From a virus, in the UHGV virus genome UHGV-1351068: DNA of 64,000 nt; one strand, written 5' to 3'. Below, piece by piece: positions 51,356 to 61,143 of this stretch. The position numbers were made by a program, and so were the translations under genes. The stretch's first letter is position 1. Each line of letters begins with the position of its first letter. The notes under the pieces were generated by a model, which saw nothing but the letters and a program-made list of their open reading frames with translations, was not told where the DNA came from and did not search any database.

Positions 51356-51629
51356 AAGTCTCAACCTGTTGGGTTTCAAAATTAGCAATAATTCCAACGA
51401 TAAACCAGTCGTGTTCACCTTCGCCACAAGAAATTTTAATTTCAGACGAACCGCCTGACCGGTCAATAGAAAATTTAATAACTTCGCCGTTTGGAATAAG
51501 TGCATTCATGGCAGATAAAAACTCTGCATGCATTTTGGCTACTTCAGATGGAGTAAACTCATCTGTTAAATGATTAGCAACAACTTGCGTAAATGATACT
51601 TTTACTACTTCGGAATACTTTGGAAACAT
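51345..51629 (-). CDS. hypothetical protein (94 aa)
   Basis: ORF immediately downstream of pseT. Confidence 0.45.
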   Translation of the reverse strand: MFPKYSEVVKVSFTQVVANHLTDEFTPSEVAKMHAEFLSAMNALIPNGEVIKFSIDRSGGSSEIKISCGEGEHDWFIVGIIANFETQQVETYVV

Positions 51630-51640
51630 TATACTTTCCT

Positions 51641-52534
51641 CTAAAAATCACCGTGGGCTACTTGCCAGCATTCAACACCGATACGACGCCACATTTCAAC
51701 TACCTGCGCCCTGTCATCTACTGCAAGTTTTACATTATAACGATCAGCAATTCGATCCCAGAAGATTTCTTCTTTTACCACATCGTCTTTGCGTGAATCG
51801 CCTTGCTTACGTTGGAAGTGTTCGCCTGTTTCGCCAACATGGTCCAACAACCATTTCTTCGTAATGCGTTGATAAACCGTAGGGTCTTCTTTAGTACCAG
51901 ACTCTCTACCAGAAACGGTAAGAATTTTATATCCTTTGTTACGAAGCATTTTAAGAAATTCAATTACCATTTCCTTTGGATGGTCTTTACCACATTTGGC
52001 CAAGTCATAAGGAGAACGATGATTGTTATCTGCTAACGTGCCGTCAAGGTCAAAGATAACTGCTTTTGGCAATGATTCATCTGGAATGTACAAATCATAT
52101 GGATGCATCTTGGAGTAGAAGCTACGAAGCACTTCAATAGGAACTGCATTCGCGCCACGATAGAGGTTACGCTTAATCAATTCAGTCCAAGGAACGTCAA
52201 AGCGTTTAATTTCCCACATTACATCGTCGAATTCACATGACAACTCTTGCCACTTCTTGATAGTCGTTGGATTAAGGTTAGTATCGGCAATGATTACACC
52301 TTTAGTTGTTTCCATCTCGAGTAAAGTCTTTGCCATAGAAAACTGGCATACAGATACAGACTTCTCACGAAGCTTAGAATATTTGTAATCATTACGTTTG
52401 TCAAGACCAAAGATGCCTTCACGCAAATCATCGCGAGACAAAACATACCAGCCTGGATTAGCTGCTACATATTCATTGGCCCAGGTTGTTTTGCCAGAGC
52501 CTGGAGCTCCTTGTGTCAAAACCAATTTTTTCAT
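51641..52534 (-). CDS. pseT: polynucleotide 5'-kinase / 3'-phosphatase
   Basis: 297 aa (T4 301); P-loop GAPGSGKTT (kinase) and HAD phosphatase motif DLDGTLADNNHR. Confidence 0.85.
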   Translation of the reverse strand: MKKLVLTQGAPGSGKTTWANEYVAANPGWYVLSRDDLREGIFGLDKRNDYKYSKLREKSVSVCQFSMAKTLLEMETTKGVIIADTNLNPTTIKKWQELSCEFDDVMWEIKRFDVPWTELIKRNLYRGANAVPIEVLRSFYSKMHPYDLYIPDESLPKAVIFDLDGTLADNNHRSPYDLAKCGKDHPKEMVIEFLKMLRNKGYKILTVSGRESGTKEDPTVYQRITKKWLLDHVGETGEHFQRKQGDSRKDDVVKEEIFWDRIADRYNVKLAVDDRAQVVEMWRRIGVECWQVAHGDF

Positions 52535-52746
52535 TATACATCCTTAAGAGTGTCAATAAAATCATGAAGAGCCTTAGACTTTTCACCCCAATTTGCACGA
52601 TATTTTTCTTTAATTGCTCGCAATGGCTTATTCATTGACAGTATATCATTTTTGTCATAATTTTCAGCTGCGCGTCCAAACACGATGCACGCCAATTCAT
52701 TTTCAGCAATTAATCCTTTAAGTGTTTCATACTGTTCTTGATTCAC
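52534..52746 (-). CDS. hypothetical protein (70 aa)
   Basis: ORF with ATGA overlap to pseT. Confidence 0.4.
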   Translation of the reverse strand: MNQEQYETLKGLIAENELACIVFGRAAENYDKNDILSMNKPLRAIKEKYRANWGEKSKALHDFIDTLKDV

Positions 52747-53231
52747 TACATCACCATTTTAGAAAGATTGCGATGCGCCAATGAGCGACGCTTTCCATGT
52801 TTCTTCAAAAAATTGTTAACTTCATCTTGCTCTACACCGCCACTTTCTACAAATTGGAGTGCCTTACCGAATTCAATTGAGGCATCTTCCAATTCAGAAA
52901 TTGCTTCCTTCAATGCCTCTTTACGCTGAACAAACTTCAAGAAATCAGGATACATGAATTCTACCATGAATAGTTTAAACCACACATCAAACGAAATTCG
53001 TGTTTGGTCATTAAGCTCAAACACTCTTTCTTTTAAAGCGCCAGGTACACTAACACGGACTGTATAAACATATCCATTAGAAATATTTTCTGGTATAACA
53101 GTAGCTTTCTTATCAAGAGGAGTTAACTGGCACGATCCAACAGCTAGCATATTTCTGAGCTGTGTATTTTTAATCGATAAAAGATGCGATGCGTCTTTTA
53201 CAAAGTAAGAATAAAAATGTGACGGTTCCAT
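52746..53231 (-). CDS. hypothetical protein (161 aa)
   Basis: ORF between spanin pair and pseT. Confidence 0.45.
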   Translation of the reverse strand: MEPSHFYSYFVKDASHLLSIKNTQLRNMLAVGSCQLTPLDKKATVIPENISNGYVYTVRVSVPGALKERVFELNDQTRISFDVWFKLFMVEFMYPDFLKFVQRKEALKEAISELEDASIEFGKALQFVESGGVEQDEVNNFLKKHGKRRSLAHRNLSKMVM

Positions 53232-53252
53232 AATATTTTTCTCTTATTTAAT

Positions 53253-53540
53253 TTACTTAACGCAACGAGGTTCCTTAAGGTCAGAACGATAATAACATAT
53301 CATTCCATTAGCATCTTTAGTATAACGTAAAATGTCATTCATCCAGATGCGATACTCTTGCGACTCTTCAAATGGCATACCTACCCAGGCTTTGCCATCA
53401 ATTACTTTTACTTCCCAATGTCCTTCCCATTTTTGTATTGGGTCTGGCCATTCAGGATGTAAAACCGGGACATCCGGTGCACTAGAAGAGCATCCAACAA
53501 GTAAGCTGATAATACCCATGGCTAATAGACTTCGTTTCAT
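53253..53540 (-). CDS. o-spanin (outer-membrane lipoprotein, Rz1-like; T4 pseT.2 equivalent)
   Basis: Signal peptide plus lipobox MKRSLLAMGIISLLVGC, Pro-rich mature region; follows i-spanin with ATGA overlap. Confidence 0.65.
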   Translation of the reverse strand: MKRSLLAMGIISLLVGCSSSAPDVPVLHPEWPDPIQKWEGHWEVKVIDGKAWVGMPFEESQEYRIWMNDILRYTKDANGMICYYRSDLKEPRCVK

Positions 53541-53890
53541 CTGGTAGCCTCCTGGATATCTTCTGCAAACTTATTGAAGCTTGCATTAATCTGTTTTTCA
53601 ACCAATCCAGGTTTAGCTGCAACTACATTTCCACGCTTAGAATCTTTATTCATCTTAGCATTAGAAGTATCACGCGCTGCTCGATTTTCCTGATAGCCTT
53701 TATATGTTGTCTGCAGATTTTTTATAGAAACACCAATATTTTCTATTTCTTTTGCTTGGCGATCAGATTCGTCTTGGACGACTTTGAGGTCAGCTTTAAG
53801 ATTTTCTACCCGCCACGAAAGATATTTCAATCCGCCGGCGGATAATGCTAACACTCCAATCATCAACCAAGTTGTGTTTATTTTGAGCAT
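53537..53890 (-). CDS. i-spanin (inner-membrane, Rz-like; T4 pseT.3 equivalent)
   Basis: N-terminal TMD TWLMIGVLALSAGGL then coiled-coil periplasmic domain; adjacent lipoprotein partner. Confidence 0.65.
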   Translation of the reverse strand: MLKINTTWLMIGVLALSAGGLKYLSWRVENLKADLKVVQDESDRQAKEIENIGVSIKNLQTTYKGYQENRAARDTSNAKMNKDSKRGNVVAAKPGLVEKQINASFNKFAEDIQEATR

Positions 53891-54387
53891 AGTTTAAGGA
53901 TAACCTCTACGATATCATCACGGGATAATCCCGAAATGAGGATGTGACGATCAGAACTTTCCGAAGGAGAACACTTGAAGCAAGCTTCTACATATTCTGC
54001 CATCTCGGAATAATTCAGCTCGCGATGCATAATGCCAAGACGATGTTTGCCATAAATCGGGTCAACGATTACATAGCATTTGCATCCGTTGGCATGAACG
54101 TTTGGTTGAGTGATGTTCTTGAACACCTCTGCACCATACTTCGCGAGATGATTATCTAGGAAATCAATCATTTCATCTACGGCTTCAGGCAAGGCTTCAG
54201 CACGCTGCTCGTTCACACGATTGGTGTACTCTTTTTGCTTCTTACGAGCAGCTTCCTTACGCGCCATATGCGTTCGTAGGTCAGTGACGAATCCCACTTT
54301 CTTGGTGCCATTCCACACAAAAATCCCGTCGGAATGAGTACCATATTTGTTAACAACCATATCTAAAGTAATTGCTTGCATATCCAT
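53878..54387 (-). CDS. alc: Alc-like transcription termination/host nucleoid protein (by position)
   Basis: 169 aa (T4 Alc 167) between spanins and rnlA as in T4; early-promoter repeat unit upstream. Confidence 0.5.
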   Translation of the reverse strand: MDMQAITLDMVVNKYGTHSDGIFVWNGTKKVGFVTDLRTHMARKEAARKKQKEYTNRVNEQRAEALPEAVDEMIDFLDNHLAKYGAEVFKNITQPNVHANGCKCYVIVDPIYGKHRLGIMHRELNYSEMAEYVEACFKCSPSESSDRHILISGLSRDDIVEVILKLCSK

Positions 54388-54447
54388 TTCATTATCCTCA
54401 TCAGTTGGTGTAAGTCTATAGTATCACACCTTGATGAGGATGTAAAC
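54388..54447 (-). promoter_or_regulatory. early-promoter-like unit (GTTTAC-N18-TACTATAGAC) for alc-like gene
   Basis: GCTGTTTAC 54442-54447, TACTATAGAC 54414-54423, SD GAGGA, ATG 54387. Confidence 0.4.
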
Positions 54448-54449
54448 AG

Positions 54450-55601
54450 CTATTCTTCAGAAATTTCAATTTCTTTTTCGTACTCTTTTGGAACATATCC
54501 AGCCCAGTACTTCAAGAACACTTTTTCAAGGTCTTTAAGCAGTTTATCTACATCTACTGTTCCTTCATACATGTTCATGATAACACCAAAAAGATGACGC
54601 TGATTAACCGTTGCTTTCTGTGCAGCAATGGCATAGTCTTTACGAGCACGACCTCTGTATTCATCATAGAATGACTGACACAGCTCAAGTGACTTTCCAA
54701 GGTAATCTAGATAAGCTTGCTCAAATGCAGAAATTTTCTTAATTGCATATTCGTCTCCAGCAAAAAGAGAACGCAAGTCATCAGAGTTTGCAGATACGAC
54801 AGACGCAAACAGTCTTTCATTTGACGTTATTGAGTCTTTGGTGTGATGAAGAGCTGAGTACCATTCTGTTTTAACCTTAAATCTCTGCCCAGTGTTTAGA
54901 ACTGCAATGTATCCTTCTACGCCTTCAAGTGCACGAACACCTTCAACCCAAGTACTAGGGTCAGAAATTCCATAAGCATTAATTAAATAAGGACGAATTT
55001 TAGCATTAGCGTACAAATCGTCATATTTAACATACTCGCCGGTTGCGTTATCACGGACGTTTAACACAAACAATTGTGGCTCCTGATATGCAAGAACAAC
55101 ACGATTATCAGGTGAAACAAATTCCATGTTTACCGTATAACCATCTAGCGTTAACTCAAGAACGACTTGATGAAGCGAAGAATACTCTTCACTATTAAGC
55201 AGGGCAGAAGACCTTCTCGCCTGGTCACTATAAAGAGAGGTTTTTGATTTAAGATATAGATACCCATCATCAACATAAGATGACACTAGAGAGCCATCAG
55301 CCTTATCCATAATGTATTCTACATCACTAATATCAATTCCCATTGTCATCGGGTTTTCATTCAAGTTAAAGAATTTTTCCATTGGACGAGAAGCAATACG
55401 AATTGGAGTATCACCATCCATTTCAAACATGATGCCACGGCACTCAAGAGCATCTGGTTTTAACCACTCGCTATAACTTGCGTAGTGATATGAAAACACT
55501 CTGAACTTACCATCCATAGGACCAGTAAAATCTTTATAAAAGAATTTTGCAACTTCTGAGCTTTCACACAGATTCATTAAATTTTTATATAGCTCTAACA
55601 T
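54450..55601 (-). CDS. rnlA: RNA ligase 1
   Basis: 383 aa (T4 374); ligase motif I KADGSL. Confidence 0.85.
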   Translation of the reverse strand: MLELYKNLMNLCESSEVAKFFYKDFTGPMDGKFRVFSYHYASYSEWLKPDALECRGIMFEMDGDTPIRIASRPMEKFFNLNENPMTMGIDISDVEYIMDKADGSLVSSYVDDGYLYLKSKTSLYSDQARRSSALLNSEEYSSLHQVVLELTLDGYTVNMEFVSPDNRVVLAYQEPQLFVLNVRDNATGEYVKYDDLYANAKIRPYLINAYGISDPSTWVEGVRALEGVEGYIAVLNTGQRFKVKTEWYSALHHTKDSITSNERLFASVVSANSDDLRSLFAGDEYAIKKISAFEQAYLDYLGKSLELCQSFYDEYRGRARKDYAIAAQKATVNQRHLFGVIMNMYEGTVDVDKLLKDLEKVFLKYWAGYVPKEYEKEIEISEE

Positions 55602-56011
55602 TTCTTTACCTTATGTTGTGTGTTCCATGGAGGATTGAACTTTTTAATAAACATCGGTTCTTCCAAGTCCATAGTGGATATTGACATCTCGCCAAGTTCA
55701 TTATTAATCAAAAGATTAAAACACTGACGAGCATAGAACTCTACTTTTTTACCAGCCATTAGTGCTTCAAAAATCTTGGCAGATTTAGCCGAATCAGAGG
55801 TTTGGTCTTTCCGATTAATAGCAGTTCTATAATAATTTATACGTTTACGAAGATTTTTAGTCTTACCAATGTAAACTAGTTCATCATCAACTGCGATGGC
55901 ATAAACTACGTTCAACTTGTTTGCTACCAAAACAGGTTTAATACTGAAATCTGGTTCTAACTCAAGTTGAACATATTTTATAAAAGAAAACTCGTTAGCA
56001 ATATCATTCAT
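55595..56011 (-). CDS. denA: endonuclease II (GIY-YIG)
   Basis: 138 aa (T4 136); GIY-YIG-like VVYAIAV..LVYIGKT..R; position rnlA-denA-nrdB. Confidence 0.65.
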   Translation of the reverse strand: MNDIANEFSFIKYVQLELEPDFSIKPVLVANKLNVVYAIAVDDELVYIGKTKNLRKRINYYRTAINRKDQTSDSAKSAKIFEALMAGKKVEFYARQCFNLLINNELGEMSISTMDLEEPMFIKKFNPPWNTQHKVKKC

Positions 56012-56038
56012 AATAAAGAGGGGCCGAAGCCCCTTTCC

Positions 56039-57181
56039 TTATAAGTACTTTTTAAATCCAATTAAAACATCATCAGTGACATCATTGTCAATCTGAGCTA
56101 CCAGATAAGAACTTATCTCAACTTCCTGAGGAGCAGATTGGACTGCATCAGAGTTAAGATATTCGCGAATCCAAGGAATAGGATGTCGAGTTGGTGCATC
56201 AGTAATCGGACAAGGAAGACCACAACTACGCATGCGAGACACAGTCAGATAGTCAATGAAGTCATGAAGAATTTTAACATTCAGACCCGGAAGACCACCG
56301 TTACGGAAAAGATGAATAGCCCAATCTTTTTCTTGGCGGTTAACTTCCATGAAGATTTTAATTGCTTCTTGTTCACACTCTTTAGCAATCTCAACCCATT
56401 CTTCGCCATCAGTGCCAGTTTGAAGTTGACGCAGAATGTACTGTGTGCCCTTCAAATGAAGTTGTTCATCACGAGCAATGAACTTCATGATTTTAGCATT
56501 ACCTTCCATGATTTCCATATTTTTATGGAAGTTGAAGGTACATGCAAAACTAACATAGAAACGAATAGCTTCTAGCGCGTTAATAACATGTAAGCAAAGA
56601 TAAAGAGATTTCATTAAATCACGTTTAGCTTCTTTAATTTCGATATTATCTTGATTAAAGCAGCGATTTTTGGCATTTTCCCATGCGCGAGTCTTCGCTA
56701 TAACATCATCATAGTAAACACCAATTGACTCAGCGCGTTTCATGATTGCTTCGTCAAGAACGATTTCATCAAAGATTTTAGCTGGGTCTACATATAGGTT
56801 ACGCATGATATGCGTGTACGAACGGCTGTGAATAGTTTCACTGAACGTCCAAGTCTGGTTCCAAGTATCTAGGCTTGGGTCAGAAATAAGTGCAGATAAA
56901 ACTGCTGCAGGAGCACGTCCTTGAATTGAATCAAGAAGAGATTGATACTTCAAGTTATCAGTAAAGATATTCCGCTGGTGCTCTGGGAGTTTTTCAAACT
57001 GACCACGGTCCATCATAACGTTAACTTCTTCAGGACGCCAAAAGAAACTCAATTGCTTCTCAATGAGTTCCTCGAATACTTTATGACGCTGAATATCATA
57101 GCGTGCAATTCCTAGGCCAGAACCAAAGAACATCGGTTCGGTCATGATATCTACTTGCTTGGTATTAAAAACTGTACTCAT
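56039..57181 (-). CDS. nrdB: ribonucleotide reductase beta subunit, intronless
   Basis: 380 aa continuous (T4 388 with group I intron); di-iron RNR small-subunit helices. Confidence 0.85.
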   Translation of the reverse strand: MSTVFNTKQVDIMTEPMFFGSGLGIARYDIQRHKVFEELIEKQLSFFWRPEEVNVMMDRGQFEKLPEHQRNIFTDNLKYQSLLDSIQGRAPAAVLSALISDPSLDTWNQTWTFSETIHSRSYTHIMRNLYVDPAKIFDEIVLDEAIMKRAESIGVYYDDVIAKTRAWENAKNRCFNQDNIEIKEAKRDLMKSLYLCLHVINALEAIRFYVSFACTFNFHKNMEIMEGNAKIMKFIARDEQLHLKGTQYILRQLQTGTDGEEWVEIAKECEQEAIKIFMEVNRQEKDWAIHLFRNGGLPGLNVKILHDFIDYLTVSRMRSCGLPCPITDAPTRHPIPWIREYLNSDAVQSAPQEVEISSYLVAQIDNDVTDDVLIGFKKYL

Positions 57182-57237
57182 TCTATTTCCTATTCTGTGG
57201 TGTTAACCATCCGTGGTCTAATTATAATTCCCTTTTA

Positions 57238-59484
57238 TTAAAGCTTACAGGCCGCGCAGTCAGCAGAGTCTTGAATCATATCATCGTTACCGGAACCATC
57301 ACGGGTGTTATGATAGTAAAGAGTCTTACCACCAAAGTACCAGAAATAAAGCAAGTCGTCCATCATTACCGACATTTCAACTTTTCCTTTAGGGAAATTA
57401 GCCGGGTCGTAATAAGTATTAGCAGAGATGCTTTGGTCTACAAATTTCTGCATAATCAGAACCTGGTTCAGATAAGGCTTATTACCCTGTTTCGCGAGCT
57501 GCCAGGCATAATCATAAAGGGAAGCATTGTGTTCAACATTTGGAACGACTTGGTTGAAGCTTCCTTCTTTTGATTCTTTAACTGACACTGGTCCACGTGG
57601 TGGTTCAATACCGTTGGTAGAGTTTGATACCTGGCTTGACGATTCGCATGGCATAAGCGCAGATAGCGTTGAATTTCGGATACCGTATCGCTTGAGGTCT
57701 TCTCGCAGGAGTTCCCAGTCACAGACATAGTTTGGAGCTGCGAGTTGGTCAATCCTTTCATTGTACCAGTCAATAGGCAGTTCACCACGTCCGTATCGAG
57801 TTTCTTTGTAAAGCGCGCACGGACCTTTTTCGCTAGCAAGTTTAACTGAGGCTTTGATGAGTGCATATTGAATACGTTCCATCATTTCGTGAGTAATATC
57901 ATTAGCATCTGTGTATGAAGCAAAGTTGCTTGCTAACCAAGCTGCATAGTTAGTAATGCCAACACCTAATGCTCGACGGTCTTTAGCTTTTAATGCTTTG
58001 TCTACAGGATAGTCTTGGTAATCCAAAAGGTTATCCAAAGCCCTTACCATTACTTCTGCGATTTCGTTAACTTCTTCTTGGTCTTGCCAGTTGAAGTTGT
58101 CGAGCACGAATGCTGCGAGTGTACACAGCGCGATTTCGCCATCTTCTTGGCCAACATCCGAAGTTGGTAACGCAATTTCGAGGCAGAGGTTTGATTGCTT
58201 AACCGTAGCCACATCACGAATAAAAGGACCATATTCACCAACGTTATCTACCATGTACGGGTAAATTCGAGCAGTACCAGCACGTTCAGTAAGGAACAAC
58301 TCAAACAGTTCACGAGCTTTAATACGTTTCTTTCTTATATCTGGATTCTTTTCCAGTTCTTCATATAATGTACGGAACGCTTGTGCATCACGGAAGTATT
58401 CTGTGTACAGCGTGCCAAGACACACATCTGGACTAAACAGAGTGATGTAATCATTCTTAATCAAACGTTCAATCATCAGGTTATTAATCTGAACACCATA
58501 ATCTAAATGACGAATACGGTTTTCATCTACACCTTTGTTGTTCTTAAGTACGAGGAGGTTTTCAACTTCCAAGTGCCAGATTGGATAGTACAGTGTCGCC
58601 GCACCGCCACGAACTCCACCTTGGGAGCAGGATTTAACTGCTGTCTGGAAGTGTTTCCAGAAAGGAATAACTCCAGTATGTTTGACTTCACCAAATCCAA
58701 TTTTTGAACCCTCTGCGCGAATCATGCCTGCATTAATACCAATACCTGCACGCTTACTGATGTATTTCGTAATTGACGCAGCAGCTTCGTTAATTGAATT
58801 AAGACTGTCACCACCTTCAATAACCACGCATGAACTGAACTGGCGTGTCGGAGTACGAACACCAGACATAATTGGTGTTGGCAATGAAATCTTTTTAGTA
58901 GAAACTGCATCATAGAAACGAATAACGTTTGCTAAACGATTTTCGCCATCATCTTGGTGCAAGCACATACCGATCAGCATAAAGGCAAACTGTGGAGTTT
59001 CATACAATTCACCAGTATGACGGTCTTTTACGAGATACTTCTCGATAAGCTGCATTGTTCCAGCATAAGTCATAGTGAAATCACGCTCATGCTTAATATA
59101 AGAATCAAGCAAAGTAATTTCTTCTGCAGACCACTTACTTAGAATTTCTTTATCGTACTTATTTGCGTTAACACAACGTGAAATGTGGTCAATAAATGCA
59201 GGCGGTTCAAACTGTCCATAAACACGTTTACGGATTTCAAACATTGCTGCATTGGATGCTACATATTGATAATCTGGCTCATCAATAGAAATGCTATTCG
59301 CCGCTACCTTAACGATAGTCTTCTGGATATCTGCAGTGCTCATGCCATCACGCAGATGAGATTTAATAATTTCATACAACTCGTATGGGTCTACTTTAGT
59401 TCCTTCGCACGCCCATTCGAGGACTTTAATGATTTTCTGCATGTCAAATTCTTGACTAACACCTGAGCTCTTAATTACTTGCAT
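57238..59484 (-). CDS. nrdA: ribonucleotide reductase alpha subunit
   Basis: 748 aa from ATG 59484 (MQVIKSSG..; track ORF extends 29 codons further 5'); ATP-cone N-terminus, class Ia active-site region. Confidence 0.85.
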   Translation of the reverse strand: MQVIKSSGVSQEFDMQKIIKVLEWACEGTKVDPYELYEIIKSHLRDGMSTADIQKTIVKVAANSISIDEPDYQYVASNAAMFEIRKRVYGQFEPPAFIDHISRCVNANKYDKEILSKWSAEEITLLDSYIKHERDFTMTYAGTMQLIEKYLVKDRHTGELYETPQFAFMLIGMCLHQDDGENRLANVIRFYDAVSTKKISLPTPIMSGVRTPTRQFSSCVVIEGGDSLNSINEAAASITKYISKRAGIGINAGMIRAEGSKIGFGEVKHTGVIPFWKHFQTAVKSCSQGGVRGGAATLYYPIWHLEVENLLVLKNNKGVDENRIRHLDYGVQINNLMIERLIKNDYITLFSPDVCLGTLYTEYFRDAQAFRTLYEELEKNPDIRKKRIKARELFELFLTERAGTARIYPYMVDNVGEYGPFIRDVATVKQSNLCLEIALPTSDVGQEDGEIALCTLAAFVLDNFNWQDQEEVNEIAEVMVRALDNLLDYQDYPVDKALKAKDRRALGVGITNYAAWLASNFASYTDANDITHEMMERIQYALIKASVKLASEKGPCALYKETRYGRGELPIDWYNERIDQLAAPNYVCDWELLREDLKRYGIRNSTLSALMPCESSSQVSNSTNGIEPPRGPVSVKESKEGSFNQVVPNVEHNASLYDYAWQLAKQGNKPYLNQVLIMQKFVDQSISANTYYDPANFPKGKVEMSVMMDDLLYFWYFGGKTLYYHNTRDGSGNDDMIQDSADCAACKL

Positions 59485-59509
59485 AAGTCCTCTATAGTAA
59501 GTTACCCCA

Positions 59510-59517
59510 TATAAATA
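59510..59517 (+). promoter_or_regulatory. late promoter TATAAATA (I-TevI-like endonuclease gene)
   Basis: Exact motif 22 nt upstream of ATG 59540; SD AGGAG. Confidence 0.55.
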
Positions 59518-59539
59518 TAATTTTATATAGGAGAATATA

Positions 59540-60271
59540 ATGGAATCTGGAATATATGTTATTATAAACACTAAAACTAATAAGCACTATGTAGGAAGTG
59601 CTGTTAATTTTGAAGAACGCTGGAAAAGACATTTTAAAGAATTAGAAGGTGGAAATCATCATTCTATAAAGCTGCAACGTTCTTATAATAAGCATGGGAA
59701 AGATGCTTTCGTATGTAAAATCGTTGAAGAACTTCCATACGAAAAATCTATCATTGTTGAGCGTGAAAATTATTGGATGAATGAATATAACTCAAAGGAA
59801 AACGGGTATAACATAGCAGATGCATCGTTCGGAGATACTTTATCTCATCATCCAAGAAAGCAAGAAATTTTTGATAAAATTTCAAATACAATTAAAAATA
59901 ATAATTCAAAATTATCACCAGAAGAACTTAAACAAAAACATGGTAGACCTAGAGATATCAAAGGTAAAACTATAGAAGAACACTACGGTTTAAACCGGGC
60001 CATAGAAATAAGTAAAAAGTTTCAAGAAAGAAATTCAGTAATGAACATGAAAGGAAGCAATAATCCATATTATGGACAGAAACATACCGATGATGTAAGA
60101 AAAAGAATTTCTGACTCTCAACGTGGTAAAAAGAAACCCCATCTAAAAGTAAGTATAGATGGGGTTGAATATTCAACAATAGCAGAAGCTGTGCGTCAAA
60201 CAGGAATAAGCAGAAAACTTATAACTAAAAGATGCGCTCTGGATTGTTGGGAAACATATTTATACTGCTAA
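59540..60271 (+). mobile_element. free-standing GIY-YIG homing endonuclease, close homolog of I-TevI (GIY-YIG + NUMOD3 + NUMOD1/HTH)
   Basis: 243 aa; N-terminal about 95 aa roughly 70% identical to recalled I-TevI (SGIY.I.NT.N..YVGSA..FE.RWKRHFK.LE.G.H.SIKLQRS.NKHG...ERE..W..E.NSK.NGYNIADA.FGDT); NNPYYGQKHTDDVRKRIS and GVEYSTIAEAVRQTGIS DNA-binding modules; own late promoter 59510-59517. Confidence 0.8.
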
Positions 60272-61143
60272 ACTGCCATCTTTCCTTTAATTGCTGGGTG
60301 AGATTCATATCCTTTAAGAACAAAGTCAGATGGTTTCATCATTCCTGTAACCCAGGCTAATTGTTCTTCTGTTGCTAATTCATGAAATTCTTTATCTTTT
60401 ACTGGAGGCCAATAATTAATTTCAAGTTCACACAGCTCTTTTGGCTCTCGACGCAAGATTTCTTTACACTGTTCAATATGGTTCAGATAAATGTGAGTGT
60501 TACCACCAGTGAATACCAAATGCCCAGGTTTAAGATTGGTCATTTTAGCAATGATATGAACCAATGCTGCATATGACGCAATATTGAAGGGGAGGCCAAG
60601 GAATACATCTACAGAACGCTGATACCATTGGAGGTCAAGATGCCCCTGACGAACGTTAAATTGATACAGCAAATGACATGGTGGCAATGCCATCTTATCC
60701 AAATCAACCGGGTTCCAAGCAGTCACAATCTGACGACGGTCATATGGAAGTTGCTTGATACGATCAATGATCAATTTCAGTTGGTCAACACCCATGAAAT
60801 CACGCCATTGCTTACCATACACAGGACCTAGCTCACCACCGGAATACCCCATGTCTTTTGCCTGGTTTTCATAGTTGTCGTCCCAGACAGTTTTACCTTC
60901 TAGTAATGAGTCATGCTGAATAAGACGTAATTCATGCACATTAGTAGACCCACGCATGAACCAAATCAGCTCCGCAATGCACGCTTTCCACGCAAGACGC
61001 TTGGTAGTTACTGCCGGAAATCCTTCTTGTAAATCAAACCGGTGTAGAGTACCAAACTTTGCAATAGTACCGGTACCAGTACGGTCATCCGTCTCATAGC
61101 CGTTTTCAAAAATGTCTTTAATTAATTCTTGGTATTCACGCAT
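60268..61143 (-). CDS. td: thymidylate synthase, intronless
   Basis: 291 aa from ATG 61143 (MREYQELIKDIFENGYETDDRTGTGT..) very close to T4 Td; continuous ORF, no intron. Confidence 0.9.
   Translation of the reverse strand: MREYQELIKDIFENGYETDDRTGTGTIAKFGTLHRFDLQEGFPAVTTKRLAWKACIAELIWFMRGSTNVHELRLIQHDSLLEGKTVWDDNYENQAKDMGYSGGELGPVYGKQWRDFMGVDQLKLIIDRIKQLPYDRRQIVTAWNPVDLDKMALPPCHLLYQFNVRQGHLDLQWYQRSVDVFLGLPFNIASYAALVHIIAKMTNLKPGHLVFTGGNTHIYLNHIEQCKEILRREPKELCELEINYWPPVKDKEFHELATEEQLAWVTGMMKPSDFVLKGYESHPAIKGKMAV

Noticed and set aside
59485-59571. 29-codon 5' extension of nrdA ORF
   Set aside because: The extension (MFIITYIPDSIIFSY..) overlaps the endonuclease promoter region and has no homology; MQVIKSSGVSQEF at ATG 59484 matches the class Ia NrdA ATP-cone start.
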